From Amoebophrya sp. A120 (lineage: Eukaryota > Protista > Dinoflagellata), in NCBI GenBank assembly GCA_905178155.1, contig CAJINV010000005.1:7996515-8060514 (forward strand): a stretch of DNA of 64,000 bases, written 5' to 3'. Positions 24,369-36,865 of the stretch are shown here, piece after piece. The position numbers and the translations under genes are program-made. Below the pieces are notes generated by a model. That model did not search any database. It saw only the letters and a program-made list of their open reading frames with translations, and was not told the origin of the DNA. How positions within the stretch are numbered: the first letter of the stretch is position 1; the number at the start of each line of letters is the position of its first letter.

Positions 24369-27342
24369 TCACTCCTCCTTCACCTCCTCCTTAGCATCGT
24401 CCTCTTTGGCTTCCTCTTCCTCCGCCGGGGGCGGCGGCTGCGCCGACGGGTCTTGCGGTTTATATGGGACAGAAACAGTTGACTTTGATTACTTTTCTGA
24501 ATTTGGCAACATGACAAGTAATTTACACAATAAACGATCTGCGTCTGCCGCATAGTACGCCGCGGCTCCGCATGACAAAAAATCTGCCCACGCGGAATAT
24601 GACGGTCGTACGCATGACAAATGCAAATCTACCCGTACCCACACTTCTTATGCGACTCCGCATGACAGATTTCCCCACGTTGTGCCAGTTCGCATGACAA
24701 ATCTTATCTGTCTCTCTCCCATACTTCCTCCAAGATTTTCAGGGGCGCCTCGTCCTTTTCCAGCACTACCGCGTTATCCTCTTCCACCGGTGGGTGTCAT
24801 GCTGAAAACCCTACATATAGCAGATTTGTTATGCTGCGGTCCTATGTAGAACGGCAGTTACTTCCATTCATCCATGCTGACAATTCCGCATGACACATGG
24901 CACTGTACATGTGCCAACCGGCATGACAGATTTACTAACTAAATCTGCTTGTACGATAAGTAACATCTCCCATCTGATACTTCTGGGACGTAGTTGGCTT
25001 CCTTGTCCACTGGCTCACCGGCATCTGTTGAGGTAGTTTGTCATGCACGGTACAGAATCTCGAAGAGCATTTGCGCATCACAAGAACTTCTTTTGCGAAC
25101 TATATGGAAAACTTTTCGAATTTTACCCTCTCTCGGTGGTGTCGGCAGCTCCGCTATGACAGTGCACAAAAACCGAACTCCGCAACCACTCCCCGGGGCC
25201 CCAATTTTTTGTCATGCTAAAATCCGATCATCCAGTTCCAGTCTGTCAGATGTACTGCCCTGCATGGTCGTAATTTGCGACGACAGAAGGGAGTTGTCCC
25301 GGCAAGGAAAAATTGCCACTGCTGTTCTTTCCAATGCTGGCAAAAATTTCTTATGCCCTTCGTGACGAGGGACCCAGTGGGACGAGAGCGAGGAGTTGTG
25401 CGCTGTCATATCCTCAGGAGCGACGATAGAAAATCGGTTGAGGCCGATGATCTTTTCTTCTTTGTCTTCATTCCCACCTGCTGCGAGGTCCTCTTTATGC
25501 ACGTCTGAAGCGCGCACTAGAGAGTGCCGCGCCCGGTGTGCGACTAGGGACCCTATTTCAAAAACATCGCGTATTGAAAAAATTACTGTAAGCACATTGC
25601 CAACTTTAACTTTCGCTATTAGTCATGAGGCTATCAGGCTTATGCGTGACAAAGACCCTTGCAGGCGCTTCCATCTAGCTCATGACAGTAGAGATAAAAT
25701 AGATCTACAAAACTGTACCTGCTTCCACAATGTCGTGCGTTTCTGTTTGGCCGATTATCATGGGCGCCAACTGCTCCCCTCCACCCAAAACCGGGGCCTT
25801 CCCGAGGCTCACGCGGGTGCCCAGAAGCGACTGATTCCTTGGTACCTTGGTCGCCAACACCGCGGGTCGTACCGTCAGCGATGGGGCGCGGATTACTTTT
25901 GTGCGGATGGTGGTGCCTGCGTCCGGGGCTGGCACGGCGGGCTTCCCGTCTGGCCCTTGAAACTGTGGCTGGACTAAACCCGGGGCGGCGAGATTTTTTT
26001 ATGGATTGCAAAAATGTCTGGGTCTGCAAGGATGCGAACTTGTGATGCGGATTCTGGAACAGCAACAGGCAAAAATCTGTATTGCGTAGTCAGCAAAAGG
26101 TACCCGAATTTTGTCTCCAGAAGAGGGCATTTGTCATGCGGAATAGACATGGAGAAGCCTCCACAGAGTTTGTCATGCTCTGTGTGCATTCCAGACCTTT
26201 TTGTAGATGTAGAAAATGCATGACAAATGTCTGATTTCTTCCAGACCCAGACATTTTTGCATTTCATATTTTTACCTTTTGTTTGATGTTGAGACAAGGT
26301 GGTCTTCGTCTTTCACTTTCTTTCACGGAAGGCGGGCAAAAATAGTACTAGCATGATAGCGAAGACAAACTGACAGAACTTTGATTTCTTCGTAAATTAA
26401 GTGAAGTAAAGTGTGAAGTGAATGGAAATTGATAAAACAGAAATCGATCCATCATCATGATAATATCCAAGAAAAAAACCGTGTTAGTGTAAGTCTTTTG
26501 GGAAAACAGCATGAGCATCACAAGTTTGTCTGCCATGACGGGACAAACTTGTCATACGCAGATACGAAGGGAAAACACATAGGAAGCGAGCCGGTCATGC
26601 ATGTCGAGCATGACGAGTGTAACTGTTTGGCATTTTCTGCATCACAGATTTACACTTACACAGTTTTTTTCTTGCATAGATATATAAGTCAGTACGTTTA
26701 ATCTCGGGTAGGAAACTTTCCCGGCCACTTGCAACACTGGTTTTACCGCTGGCGTTGGCGCATTGGCGACCGCGACACCTAGGTGGATAATTTTTTAAAT
26801 TTATGATGTGGTTTGTGCATGACAAAATGCAACCTTCATGCAAGCTCTGCATGACAAGTTAATTAATTTAAGATTACCACTTGGCGGCGCGAGCCCGAAG
26901 GGTTTAGACAGGTCGAACGGCTTGGTCTCACCCTTGATTTGTTGCCCGAACTTCACTTCCGTATATGCACTGCAAATATTTTGTTATCATGCCATCGTCT
27001 TCCGCGTGTTGACGTGTGCTCCTGGTCATGCAAGATAGAAGCCATAAGCCGTGGCGGCGAATTTGTGATGCAAAATAGAAGTACAACTAGAGGGCGGCGG
27101 GTAGAAGTTCTCTATTTCTTGAAACTGCACCGACAGTAGTACTCAGTCTTGCAGCAGGAGCGTAGCACATCCCATCGTCTGCAACTGCGTTTGCAGCGTG
27201 GACGTAGAGGTAATCTCCAAAGCCAGATTCTCAAGATGGGGATCAGATAAGTATTTGCAGACGATACCGTTGCGCTGAATTTCAGCACTGGTCGCCCCGC
27301 CGCCGCTGGTACAGCGGAGCTGCTCCCCGCAGGGTTTGACAT
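24369..27342 (-). CDS. Hypothetical protein, mostly GT-AG introns; exon structure approximate
   Basis: Open exons such as ...KQKVKNLAAPGLVQPQFQGPDGKPAVPAPDAG... (frame kept across element 26000-26268) and terminal VPYKPQDPSAQPPPPAEEEEAKEDDAKEEVKEE*. Putative ATG at 27342. Confidence 0.5.
26000..26268. mobile_element. Introner family A
   Basis: TIRs; TSD ttttt. Confidence 0.88.
26464..26678. mobile_element. Family G element, probably inside a GT-AG intron
   Basis: TIRs; TSD gataa/gatat. Confidence 0.85.
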
Positions 27343-28385
27343 TTCGTTCTACTCCACTGTAGTATAATTCGTTGCCAATCTTCTGCTATACTTTCGAATG
27401 ATCTGCAGGTCCTTTTTACGAGCTGTAAATACCTGTAGTTGTACAGCTACAGCCTTGGCCACACTATAGAAAAGTTGCGACGGCGAGGAAGCCTCTTGTT
27501 CGTCTTGATACGTACTCAAGATGAAAAGTGTCTAATATTCCCCACCTCGCGTGCGCGTAGAAAATCAGAGTCACACTTCGTCTCAGTCCCTTCTTCTCTC
27601 ATCCATTTTTATCAACATCAAGTAATTCGTTGATTTCTACCTTTTCCACTCAACATGTTCGCTGTCAGGCGGTTTGATGGCACTATCCCGGCACCACGCA
27701 CCCTAAGAACTCTCTTGTTTCAACAAAGAAAAAGAACAACGCAAACGATCAAACAACGCATAAGAGATGAACAACAGGCTGGACAGCGACACGTGAACAA
27801 AAAAGGAAATAACGCAACTCCGATTCGTACTTGACACGTCGGTGGCAGATTTTGTAAAATGTTGGGCGAGGTCAGTTGTTCTGTCGATTCAATTTTTTTG
27901 CGCAATTTTGATTCTCATAAACCATCATCGTGTGACTTGACGTTGACATTCCAGACTTTTTAGAATATTCTCCAGCAGTGTAGTGCTCATCTTCTCTAGT
28001 CTACCAACCACGTGTGAAAATGTAGTCCACCGTAGGCGAACTTGCAATAATACGATCTATCTTCACGAAGGCGCTTCATTCTTGCATCTTCTCTATTGAA
28101 TAAACAATAAGTCTACTCTCTGGTTGCGGTTCGGTCTGTAGCCCGCCCAACAACATGCGTTCAAGCCCGCATTCTGGAAACAAGGCGAAGCGCGTCACTC
28201 TTTTTCAAAAACACTGGCTGAGCACTAAGTAGGAACTAGTAGATCGTCTTCGTCTTTGTTCCCTGATTTTTCTAGGCGTTTACCACGTACGAGCGAAGTA
28301 GTCTTCTTTCTTCACTGTGAGCATTAACGTCGTGGTCCCACTTCTGGTGTTCTCGATGCCAGACGAATAAAATATGATCTTCCGC

Positions 28386-28595
28386 TATCCCACGAAAAAA
28401 GTGTTACAGTTACACATTTGCTGTCAATTCAGCAACACAAATTTCTCTGCATGAGAGAGAAAATTTGCAATGCAGAAATCCTAGGGGAAAACACCCATGA
28501 AACGAGGCTCCTATGCATATCCTGCATGACAGAGCTTGTCTGTCTTGCTTGGTCTGCAACACAATGTGTAACTGTAACACTTTTTTCTTGCGATA
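28386..28595. mobile_element. Family H element in AsnRS 3' UTR
   Basis: TIRs; TSD tccgc. Confidence 0.9.
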
Positions 28596-28626
28596 TCCGC
28601 CTGTAGTACAACTCAAAGCCGTGGTC

Positions 28627-31600
28627 TTAAAACTCCGCGTGGCCCGGGTACCGCGGGAACGGAATCACGTCGCGAATGTTGTCGATCCCGGTGGTCAGCA
28701 TGATCAGCCGCTCGAAACCCTATTGTGAGGAAAAATCCCCCCTCCGCATATCAAGATGAAAATTCGTGATGCTGATTTGTGACCACAAATCAGCTCTGTC
28801 TTGCAGAAAGTGCTTGGCGGTATTTTCCAAGCCTGTTAGAGTATGCACCAAAAGGCTAGCAATTAGGCATGGAAAACAGGGTTGCAGTAGTCGAACGCGC
28901 ATCACAGACTGGCTGTAGGATGCGCCACACGGCTCCCATTCCGCTATAGGCAAGACAGAGGTGATTTGTGACCACAAATCAGCATGACAAATTTCCATTT
29001 TGATATGGGGAGGGGGGATTTTTCACTTTGATAAACCCAAGCCAAACCCGCCGTGGGGGACGGTCCCGTACTTGCGGAGGTCCAGGTACCACCAGTAGTC
29101 CTGCGCCTCCAGGCCGTTCTTCTCGATTTTGTCGACCAGCACATCGTACCGTTCCTCACGCTGACTCCCCCCGATAACCTCACCCACGAGCGGGGCTAAG
29201 ACGTCCATTATGGGTGTGTCAGCATCGAAATCGACAAAGTCGAACTAATCTGTAATGAATAAAATCGATCCCAGTTGGACCCCCAATTTTCAAGCGGCGC
29301 ATGACAAATCTTTGCTCTACCGAAATCCAGTCTGTAATGCTGTTTGGGCAAAGGAGACCGCTTCTGTCATGCTAGAGTAGCAGCGCTATATCTATCCCTC
29401 AATTTGCCTATGTATACAGGCGTACAATCGGCCTCACTTCCCTGCTGTCCAATACAGGCATTCTGTGGCTTGCATTTTATGCATTACAAGATTTTTCAAC
29501 TTTGTCGATTTCGGTCCTGACACTCCCATATCCATGGCGGCGCACGTTTTTCCGTCCTCGTTGGCGCGCATGTAGAACGACTTGATTGCAATATCAAAAG
29601 AAAAAAGTTCGTCACGATCTCTTACCGGCATTTTTGCAATAAAAAAACATGCCTGTCATGCGTAAAAATGCATCACAGCCAAACTTCATACGGGATTTCC
29701 CTTCGTGTTTCTGCAATACAAGGCAAAGCTGTGACGCTACAAAAATTTGTAATGCAAAACCTCCAAGTTAGTGACTGTGACAAACTTTTTTCTCTCCATA
29801 TGCAGCCGGGTAGTTGTAGACAGCGACTGTATGATGTTTTATAGTGGTTTCTACATTTTAGACAAAAGTTAAAGTAATGACTCGATGTGGTTCTTGCATG
29901 ACAGAGTTCACACTTTTAAACTCACTCGGCAACGTTTCAACATGCTGTTATTTCCGCCTTACTGTAGTAGGTGTACCTGGTAGTACAAGTACCAGGTACT
30001 ACTGCATGACAACTACACATTTCCCATGCAAGAATCATAATCTTCCAAAATCCTATACCGGGCCTCTTGAAGTACTCTTCGGCGATGTACTTTTCGTGGG
30101 CCGAGTTCAGATCCATGCCCCACTCGATGGTCAGCAGCTGCGGGAAGGATTTCTTGTGATCCGCGTAGTTTTTTTCCAGGTACTTCAAAAATTTGCCGTT
30201 TTTCACTTCCTTCGTCAGCAGGTCAATGGCCTCGGTGTAAGAAAGTCGGCCGAAGGGGTTCTCCAGCAGGTTCTTCAGCCGGTCGAGGAGACCCTTCTCG
30301 ATCTGTTGTATTGAATTTGTGGGGATTCTACTTGAATATGTTATGCAAGTTCTTGCATGAGAGACATGGCTTGTAATCCTGCCTTGTGCATGACAACTTC
30401 TTCCCCTTCTGTTCTGTGCATTCTATGCAGCAAAACGCATGGCAAATCAATCAGTACCTGTTTGTCAAAAAACTGCAAGTCTGTGTAGCAGTTGTCAACG
30501 GCATACTGGACGCAAAACTTCAAGTAGTCCTCCGCGCACCGCTATGCAGGTTGCAAAAGCACTCTACTCGTATTAATTGGATTCTTGCATGGCAAATGTA
30601 TCTCCTTCCCCCTTCTTCTTGCGCATTACAGACTGCGACAGAAGTATAAGTTTTGTTTCTCACCAGCAATAGAATCAAAATTTGTGATGCAAAAATTCCT
30701 ATACATAGTTGGAACGTGTACGTGCTCTTCCAACGCGTAACTGCATGACATCCGGCAAGTCGGCAAACGCCAGCTCCGGCTCAATCATCCAGAATTCTGC
30801 CAAGTGCCGGCCCGTGTGCGAGTTCTCCGCGCGGAAGGTCGGGCCAAACGTGTACACATCCGACAAAGCGCAGCAGTAGTTCTCTACAGCAAGCTGAATT
30901 TGCATTTGTCAAACAGTTTATGTTTGTCATACAGAGGCAACAATGATCAGCATGTAGTTTCTCCTGTTCTTCTTGCAGCGTAGATGATAGATTACTTTAA
31001 AAAGCACAAAAGATGACCTCCGCAAGTACTAGTCGTGCCATCAAACAAATTTGAGACTTTTCCTCGTATACCTGCCCACTCACGGTCAAGTAGCTTTTCG
31101 CCTTGAAAAAGTCCTTCGAGTAATCGACCGAGTTCGGGTCCTTCGGGAAGGGTACATAGCCTTCTTCGCTTTTGTTTTTCTTGAAGGAGTATCAACTGCA
31201 AATATGTCTGGATGTCTGGAAACTTGTAAAAATGCTGAGTTGTGAATAATGAAAGCAACTGTAATGCACAGGCAAGCATGAGAAATTATATCTGCGCTTT
31301 TTTGTGTTGCGTTTTTCGCATGACAAACTGCGTTTTTCTTTTTGCATGACAGGCAAAAGGGTCTCATCTTCTTGGACACGCATCACAAACTTTTTCCTCA
31401 TGCCAGACAAGCATGACAAGTCTCGCAATCTTCCAGACCCCGACATTTTTGCATTTGGTAAGGAGTCAAACAGGGTGGTCACTTGGAACATCTCGCCCGC
31501 GCCCTCGCAGTCCGACGCGGTAATCAGGGGCGTGTGCACGTAGAGAAAGCCCCGTCGGCGGAAAAACTCGTGCGTGGCGTAGGCAAGGGAAGAACGGACC

Positions 31601-34600
31601 CGGGCGACCTGAGGTCGTAAGAAAGAAATGATATACGATTTTTCATTTGTTTGTGACGTAGTGACACATACAATAGTACAGACGACTTCTACTCTTTTAC
31701 TCTTAGACTACGTAAGCGATCTCCGGGGGCGCATTCATAGCATACTGCGGTAAGATGAGTCGGACAATCTCATAAATCTATCCCACGAAAAAAGTGTTTC
31801 ACTGTGATGATTTTGCAAGATCTTCTGCATCACAAGTTTGTTACACATGCCACTGAAAATTTGTCATGCGCGCTTCCCAAGGGAAAACACGCTTGCAAAT
31901 CCAGTGTCTTGCAGGTGTAGCAAGACAAATAGTTCTGTGTTCCATTTTCTGCATCACAAGTTCACAGTGAAACAGTTTTTTCTTGCATATAAATCGTTCT
32001 CACAACAATAAGTACCGCGCCGATCAAGTTCGACCGTGGTCGCAGGTGCGCGTTTATGGATTTTTGCAAAAGCATCGCACTAAGTAGTAGAAATCGCATG
32101 ACAAATATCCTCATTTTAAGAAATGGATTTTGTCATGCTGATTCACGTTGGGAAGAACGCGATAATTTGTAATGCATGACAGCGATTTTCATATACGAGC
32201 ACGATGCTTTTACCCTTGATAGCGTTGGTGCGCAGGTGCTCGCGGGAGTGCGGTTTCGGTGGGAGGGGATAGACCGCTGCGTCGACGGACCCGATATGGA
32301 ACTGTCAGGATTGAAATTGACAAAGTTGAAAAATTTGTGATGCATAAAATCGATACCAGTTGGAAGCCCAATTTCTAAGCGGCGCATGACAAATTTCGGC
32401 ACCGTCTAAATCCAGTGTGTCATGCTGTGTAGCGAAAGAAGGCATCCTTTGTCATGCTACTTTAGCAGCTCTGTCGCAGACCCCAAACAGGCTGACAGTC
32501 GGCCTCGCTTGCCATCACTGCAAGAGAGACACTTCACGCCTTGCAATTCATGCATGAGAAATTCTTTCAACTTTGAAGATTTCAATCCTGACACTACCAT
32601 AACCGAGAACGGTAACTTCGTCGTTTTCTTTCAAGGCCATCTCCACCACCTGCCCTTTCGCCGGGGACTCCACAAGCTGCCCAAAGCATTTTACGCTGGC
32701 GCCCGTGTTCACCTGCCCTTTCAGTGTGTCGTACCTGGATTTGGTACATGGAAATAATAGCATTTACCAAATATCTTTAGAGAAGTCGAAGTGTAGTTTG
32801 TCATGCGCGACGAGGAGCAGGAAATAAAATCAAATTGAAAATCACCTGTGCTGCAGAGACCACCACACGAAAAATAAATTCTCCTAGTTCATCATCATCG
32901 CGGCTATATTCTATACCCTTTGCAGCTCTTGTCCACTACACACTGCATGTCCTGGAAGCAGCTGCCGTCGTTGATCTCCAAAAACGTAAACTCAGCCTGC
33001 TTATCAAATGCAAATATGTCTGGGTCTGGAAGAGCGGAAGACTTCATTGTCATGCAGGTTTTCCATGACCCATGAGGTCTGTAATGCATGATCTAGCATC
33101 ACAGATTTTGAGAGAGCTTCATGATGCTTGTTCCGCAGTAGATATGCCCTCTCGCCGTGGCAAAAACTGGACTCCTCTTGGTGGTCATGCATTACAGATT
33201 TTTTTCGAATCCGAAGACAGCATCACAAGTTACAACCTTCCAGACCCAGACATATATTGCATTTGATACTGCTCTCGCATCTTCTTCACCCAGCCGCAGA
33301 TCACGAGTTTCTGCCCGATCAAACTCTTGCCCTGGTCCTCCGCCAAGTGGATCCGTCTATTACAGTGAAAAATGCCCCCACGACCCCAGAGTTGTCATGC
33401 AAATCTGCATGCTGAAAATGTTTGTCATGCGGAGCCCCATGAGAAGCATTTCCTGGTCGTGTTTTGAAATTTGTAATGCGCCAATCAGCATGATATACTA
33501 GCTCTGTGATGTTGCTGAACTACCTCAAAGAGCACTTCTACACTGCGACTCTAAATTTGTCATGCAAAACAGTCAAAACTCGTGGACTTGTCTAGCCGAT
33601 TTCCCATCTTGACTCTGGGGAAGTGGGGACGTTTTTACATTGGATACCGTCCGATCCTTGTTCTCCCCCCGATCACAGAGGAGCACTGCGAGTAATGCTG
33701 CACAATGGGTCGGTCCTCGGGCTTATCAAATGTAAAAGTGTCTGAGTCTGGAAACTTGTGATGCTGGGTGGCGTCTCATGATGAGGCCACAAATGCTGGC
33801 TCAGCATGACAAGTTTCTGAGCTTCTAGGTGTTGCCTATTCTGCATGACAAACTGCGTTCCTGCATCACAGAAAAATGGAGCTCTTGGGTAACGCGCATG
33901 ACAGATTTAAGAGTCATGCCAGACAAGCATGACAAACATGCATTCTTCCAGACCCAGACACTTTTGCATTTGATAGGGCTTCAGCATCAAATTTTCACTG
34001 GTTTTGGATGAAGACGCCGAGCTGGAAGTTGTCGCCGTTGTCATGTTGCTGCTGGGTAAACTCAACACCTTTTGCTGCTTCAAAACTTTCTGAAACTCCG
34101 GCTGGTGCAGGCAGGTGTTGAACCACCGTTTTGTGGCGACGCAGGACTTATAAAATGCAAAAATGTCTGGGTCTGGAAAATTCTTGCGGGAGTTTGTCAT
34201 GCATTTTGTGGATCACGCAACTGGTCCCTAATGCACGCAAAAGCTTTACAGGTTTTGCGCAGGCCTCTGATGTCTATCCCGCATGAGAAATTCCCTATCT
34301 GTGTAGCAAAAAATGGGAAGCTTTTGGTGCTTATGCAATACAAATTTTTATTTTTGCCTATTGCAGAATTCGCATGACAAGCTCCTACTCTTCCAGACCC
34401 AGACATATTTACATTTCATAGGACTCCAACCCCAGTGCCCCGGAAGACATCTTCGGGTAGAGCGAAATCGCGAGACTGACATCCGCCACCGTGATGCGCT
34501 CCACCGACGTGAGGAAGGTTTTCTTCACGAAATGCGGCTCCAGCACGTTGGTGATCAGCTCGGTCAAGGCCTTGCCCATCCGCACCTCGACCTCCTGCTC

Positions 34601-35580
34601 GCAAAACTCCAACCAGGAGTCCACTTCCGCCTGCTCCTGCAGCGTATCCTGTGCAAAAGTATCGTACTCGTAGTAATTGCATTTATGCATTACAAATACA
34701 AATCTCTTTCTCAAGGTAAATCAGCATTACAAATTTAATTTGTAATGCTGGGCTAATTTGTAATGCAATTTATACTAGTACGATGCTTTTGCACTTCATA
34801 CAGCGAGCCGCCGAGCAAGAAATCCTGCTTGTCCTTGCCGAACTGCTGGCAGATCTGCTTTATCAAATGCAAAAGTGTCTACGTCTGGAAGATTGCAACT
34901 TGTCATGCTGAGTCTGGATCATGCAAAAATTTGTGTTGCATGATTGCCAAAAGATGTCCGCCTTTGACCAGGTTGACAGGGAGTTTGAGTTTCTCATGCA
35001 GGATAGGCATGATGGACATCTCACAGCATCTCTCATGCTAGGCGCTGCATGCCAGGCCTCATGGGTCATGGAAAACCTGCATCACAAATCTTGCATTCTT
35101 CCAGACCCAGACATTTTTGCATTTGATATGCTTCAAAATCGGGGCAATGAACGTGATGCTGCTGTTATCCTGAGTAAAAGCGTACGCACACCAGAGTTGT
35201 ATTGCAAATCTGCATGCTGAAAATGTTTCTCATGCGGAGCCCCATGGGAAGCGTTTTCTAGTCGTGTTTTGCAATTTGTCATGCTCCAATCAGCATGGTA
35301 TGCTAGATCTGTGATGCTGCTGAGCAGGCTCAAACAGCACTACACTACGAATCCAAATTTGTCATGCAAAACAGCCAAAACTTGTGGACTTGTCTAGCCG
35401 ATTCCCCATCTTGACTATGGTGTGGGTACGTTTTTACTCAGAATAGCTGTTGCCAATCTTCGCGACCGTTTGCCCGGCGGCCTGCTCCTTGGTCTTCACA
35501 TCGGCGTTGCAATAGGCCGCAACGATCTCCGCCTTCGTTTTGTGAAGCGCGTTCACGGTCTCCAGGTCTATGGAGGGCAT
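28627..35580 (-). CDS. asnS: Asparaginyl-tRNA synthetase (class IIb) with N-terminal GST/EF1Bgamma-like domain
   Basis: Spliced motifs: [128 protein letters not shown]. 14 TIR introns; GT-AG introns 29827-30058, 30303-30457, 30894-31071, 31609-32015, 32735-32916. Confidence 0.96.
28721..29033. mobile_element. Introner family E; splits motif 3 (GLGF|ER)
   Basis: TIRs; TSD aaccc. Confidence 0.92.
29209..29530. mobile_element. Introner family F (TATGG...TGTCAGGA TIR)
   Basis: TIRs; TSD tccat. Confidence 0.9.
29592..29800. mobile_element. Introner family J (AAAAAAGTT[C/T]GTCAC TIR)
   Basis: TIRs; TSD tgcaa/tgcag. Confidence 0.88.
30543..30739. mobile_element. Introner family I; right end GTA
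   Basis: Degenerate TIRs; TSD accgc/actgc; restores DVMQ|CAEDY. Confidence 0.82.
31190..31460. mobile_element. Introner family A; right end GTA
   Basis: TIRs; TSD aggag. Confidence 0.9.
31779..31989. mobile_element. Family C element nested in GT-AG intron 31609-32015
   Basis: TIRs; 6-bp TSD taaatc. Confidence 0.9.
32055..32221. mobile_element. Introner family D
   Basis: TIRs; TSD gcgtt. Confidence 0.88.
32295..32601. mobile_element. Introner family F
   Basis: TIRs; TSD cccga/accga. Confidence 0.9.
33002..33268. mobile_element. Introner family A
   Basis: TIRs; TSD ctgct. Confidence 0.9.
33358..33646. mobile_element. Introner family B
   Basis: TIRs; TSD ccgtc. Confidence 0.9.
33724..33975. 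mobile_element. Introner family A, 252-bp subfamily
   Basis: TIRs; TSD gggct. Confidence 0.9.
34149..34420. mobile_element. Introner family A
   Basis: TIRs; TSD ggact. Confidence 0.9.
34645..34800. mobile_element. Introner family D
   Basis: TIRs; TSD cagcg. Confidence 0.9.
34861..35128. mobile_element. Introner family A
   Basis: TIRs; TSD tgctt. Confidence 0.9.
35166..35445. mobile_element. Introner family B
   Basis: TIRs; TSD gctgt. Confidence 0.9.
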
Positions 35581-36544
35581 TTTCTTACCGAGATTCTTGT
35601 ATAGCTTCTCTAAATGAAAATAAATGTGGGAGGTCGCTTTATTCTATGAATTCAGGTTCTCTGGTTGTAACTAAAGTGTGGTCGACGTGCTATTGAGTCC
35701 GTAAGTGTAGTTGTCGCACAAGCTGGTGAGTCTCAGTATGGTAAAAAAAGTGAAACGCGTTATATTTTTACAGCCTGGAATAACAAAAAGATACTCGTCG
35801 AAAAGCAAACTTTTTTTCATGTACAACAACCTTATCAATTTCTTGTGTACTAGTAGCGTCAGGATCTTTATCTCGTGCGACGATCATGTTGTGTTACTAC
35901 AGTCGATCTCAAAGATGTTCTTGATCTCCACGTTTCTCGATCTTTGCTTCGTTCCTTCGTGGCGCAAGCGCAAGCCTCAACAAAAACTAAGGCAATTGCC
36001 GTGGTAAAAATTTTCGAAAATAAAAAAAGGCACTACACTTGTTTGACAACTGACGAAAGGAACGATCGGTCCTCTGGTTTGAAGGTTTGTAACAAGTGTA
36101 ATCTATCCACGAGATCCATCTTCTTCCAGAAACTTTTTTTCTTCATTTTTTGAGCAGGTAGCGATCTAGCTTCGCGCGCAGTTGTTGAAAACGAAAAGGC
36201 TATAAGCAGGTGAACCGCTGCTATTTTTTTCGAATGAACGACGCTCCGGAGCCAGCCTTTCTGTGTCATGTGCCTCTACTTACATCCCGTTCTTCTGAAG
36301 GAAGTGCGGGTTCGGGAAATTTTGGTTACTTTTCTGTTTGAAAATAAATGTATATATGTGTGCTGGTCTCCGTGTCTTCACTGCACTTCCGCGGACCATT
36401 AAACCAGAATGGTAAGTACATACGTGGACGCTCCAAGCAGGCACAACTAGTAGCCTATTGTGTAGTTCTTGCAGTACTCAAGATATACCTGTACATTGCT
36501 TCGTAGTTCTTTCCGAAAAACATATTTCAGAACAAATAAGTAAT

Positions 36545-36865
36545 TATCAAAAGGAAAAATCCCCCCTCCCCATATTGAAAAGCTATGTTTCCGAAAATTT
36601 GCGTTGCTGATTTGAGGTCACAAATCGTGTCTGTCTTGCAAGACAGCAACGGCATCCGCTCCGCCCCATTATGCTGGCGGTTTGTAATGCTGTTGGTCCT
36701 ACAGCATACGCGTTCCCCATGCTAAGCGCCTAGGCCAAAACCTCTGCGCACTGGCATGATATCGGCCTGCAGTTCCCTACTGCAAGACAAATCTGATTTG
36801 CGTACGCAAATCCAGCATCAGAAGTTTCGTTTTGATATGGGGTGGGGGCTTTTTTCACTTTGATA
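36545..36865. mobile_element. Family E element, intergenic
   Basis: TIRs; probable 6-bp TSD agtaat/aataat. Confidence 0.88.

Noticed and set aside
28627-35580. Genome-wide stop-codon reassignment
   Set aside because: The spliced AsnRS, syntaxin and oxidoreductase contain no in-frame stops and end at TAA or TGA where expected.
28627-35580. AsnRS as a transposon-inactivated pseudogene
   Set aside because: All catalytic motifs and the frame are intact across 19 interruptions, which implies purifying selection and precise removal.
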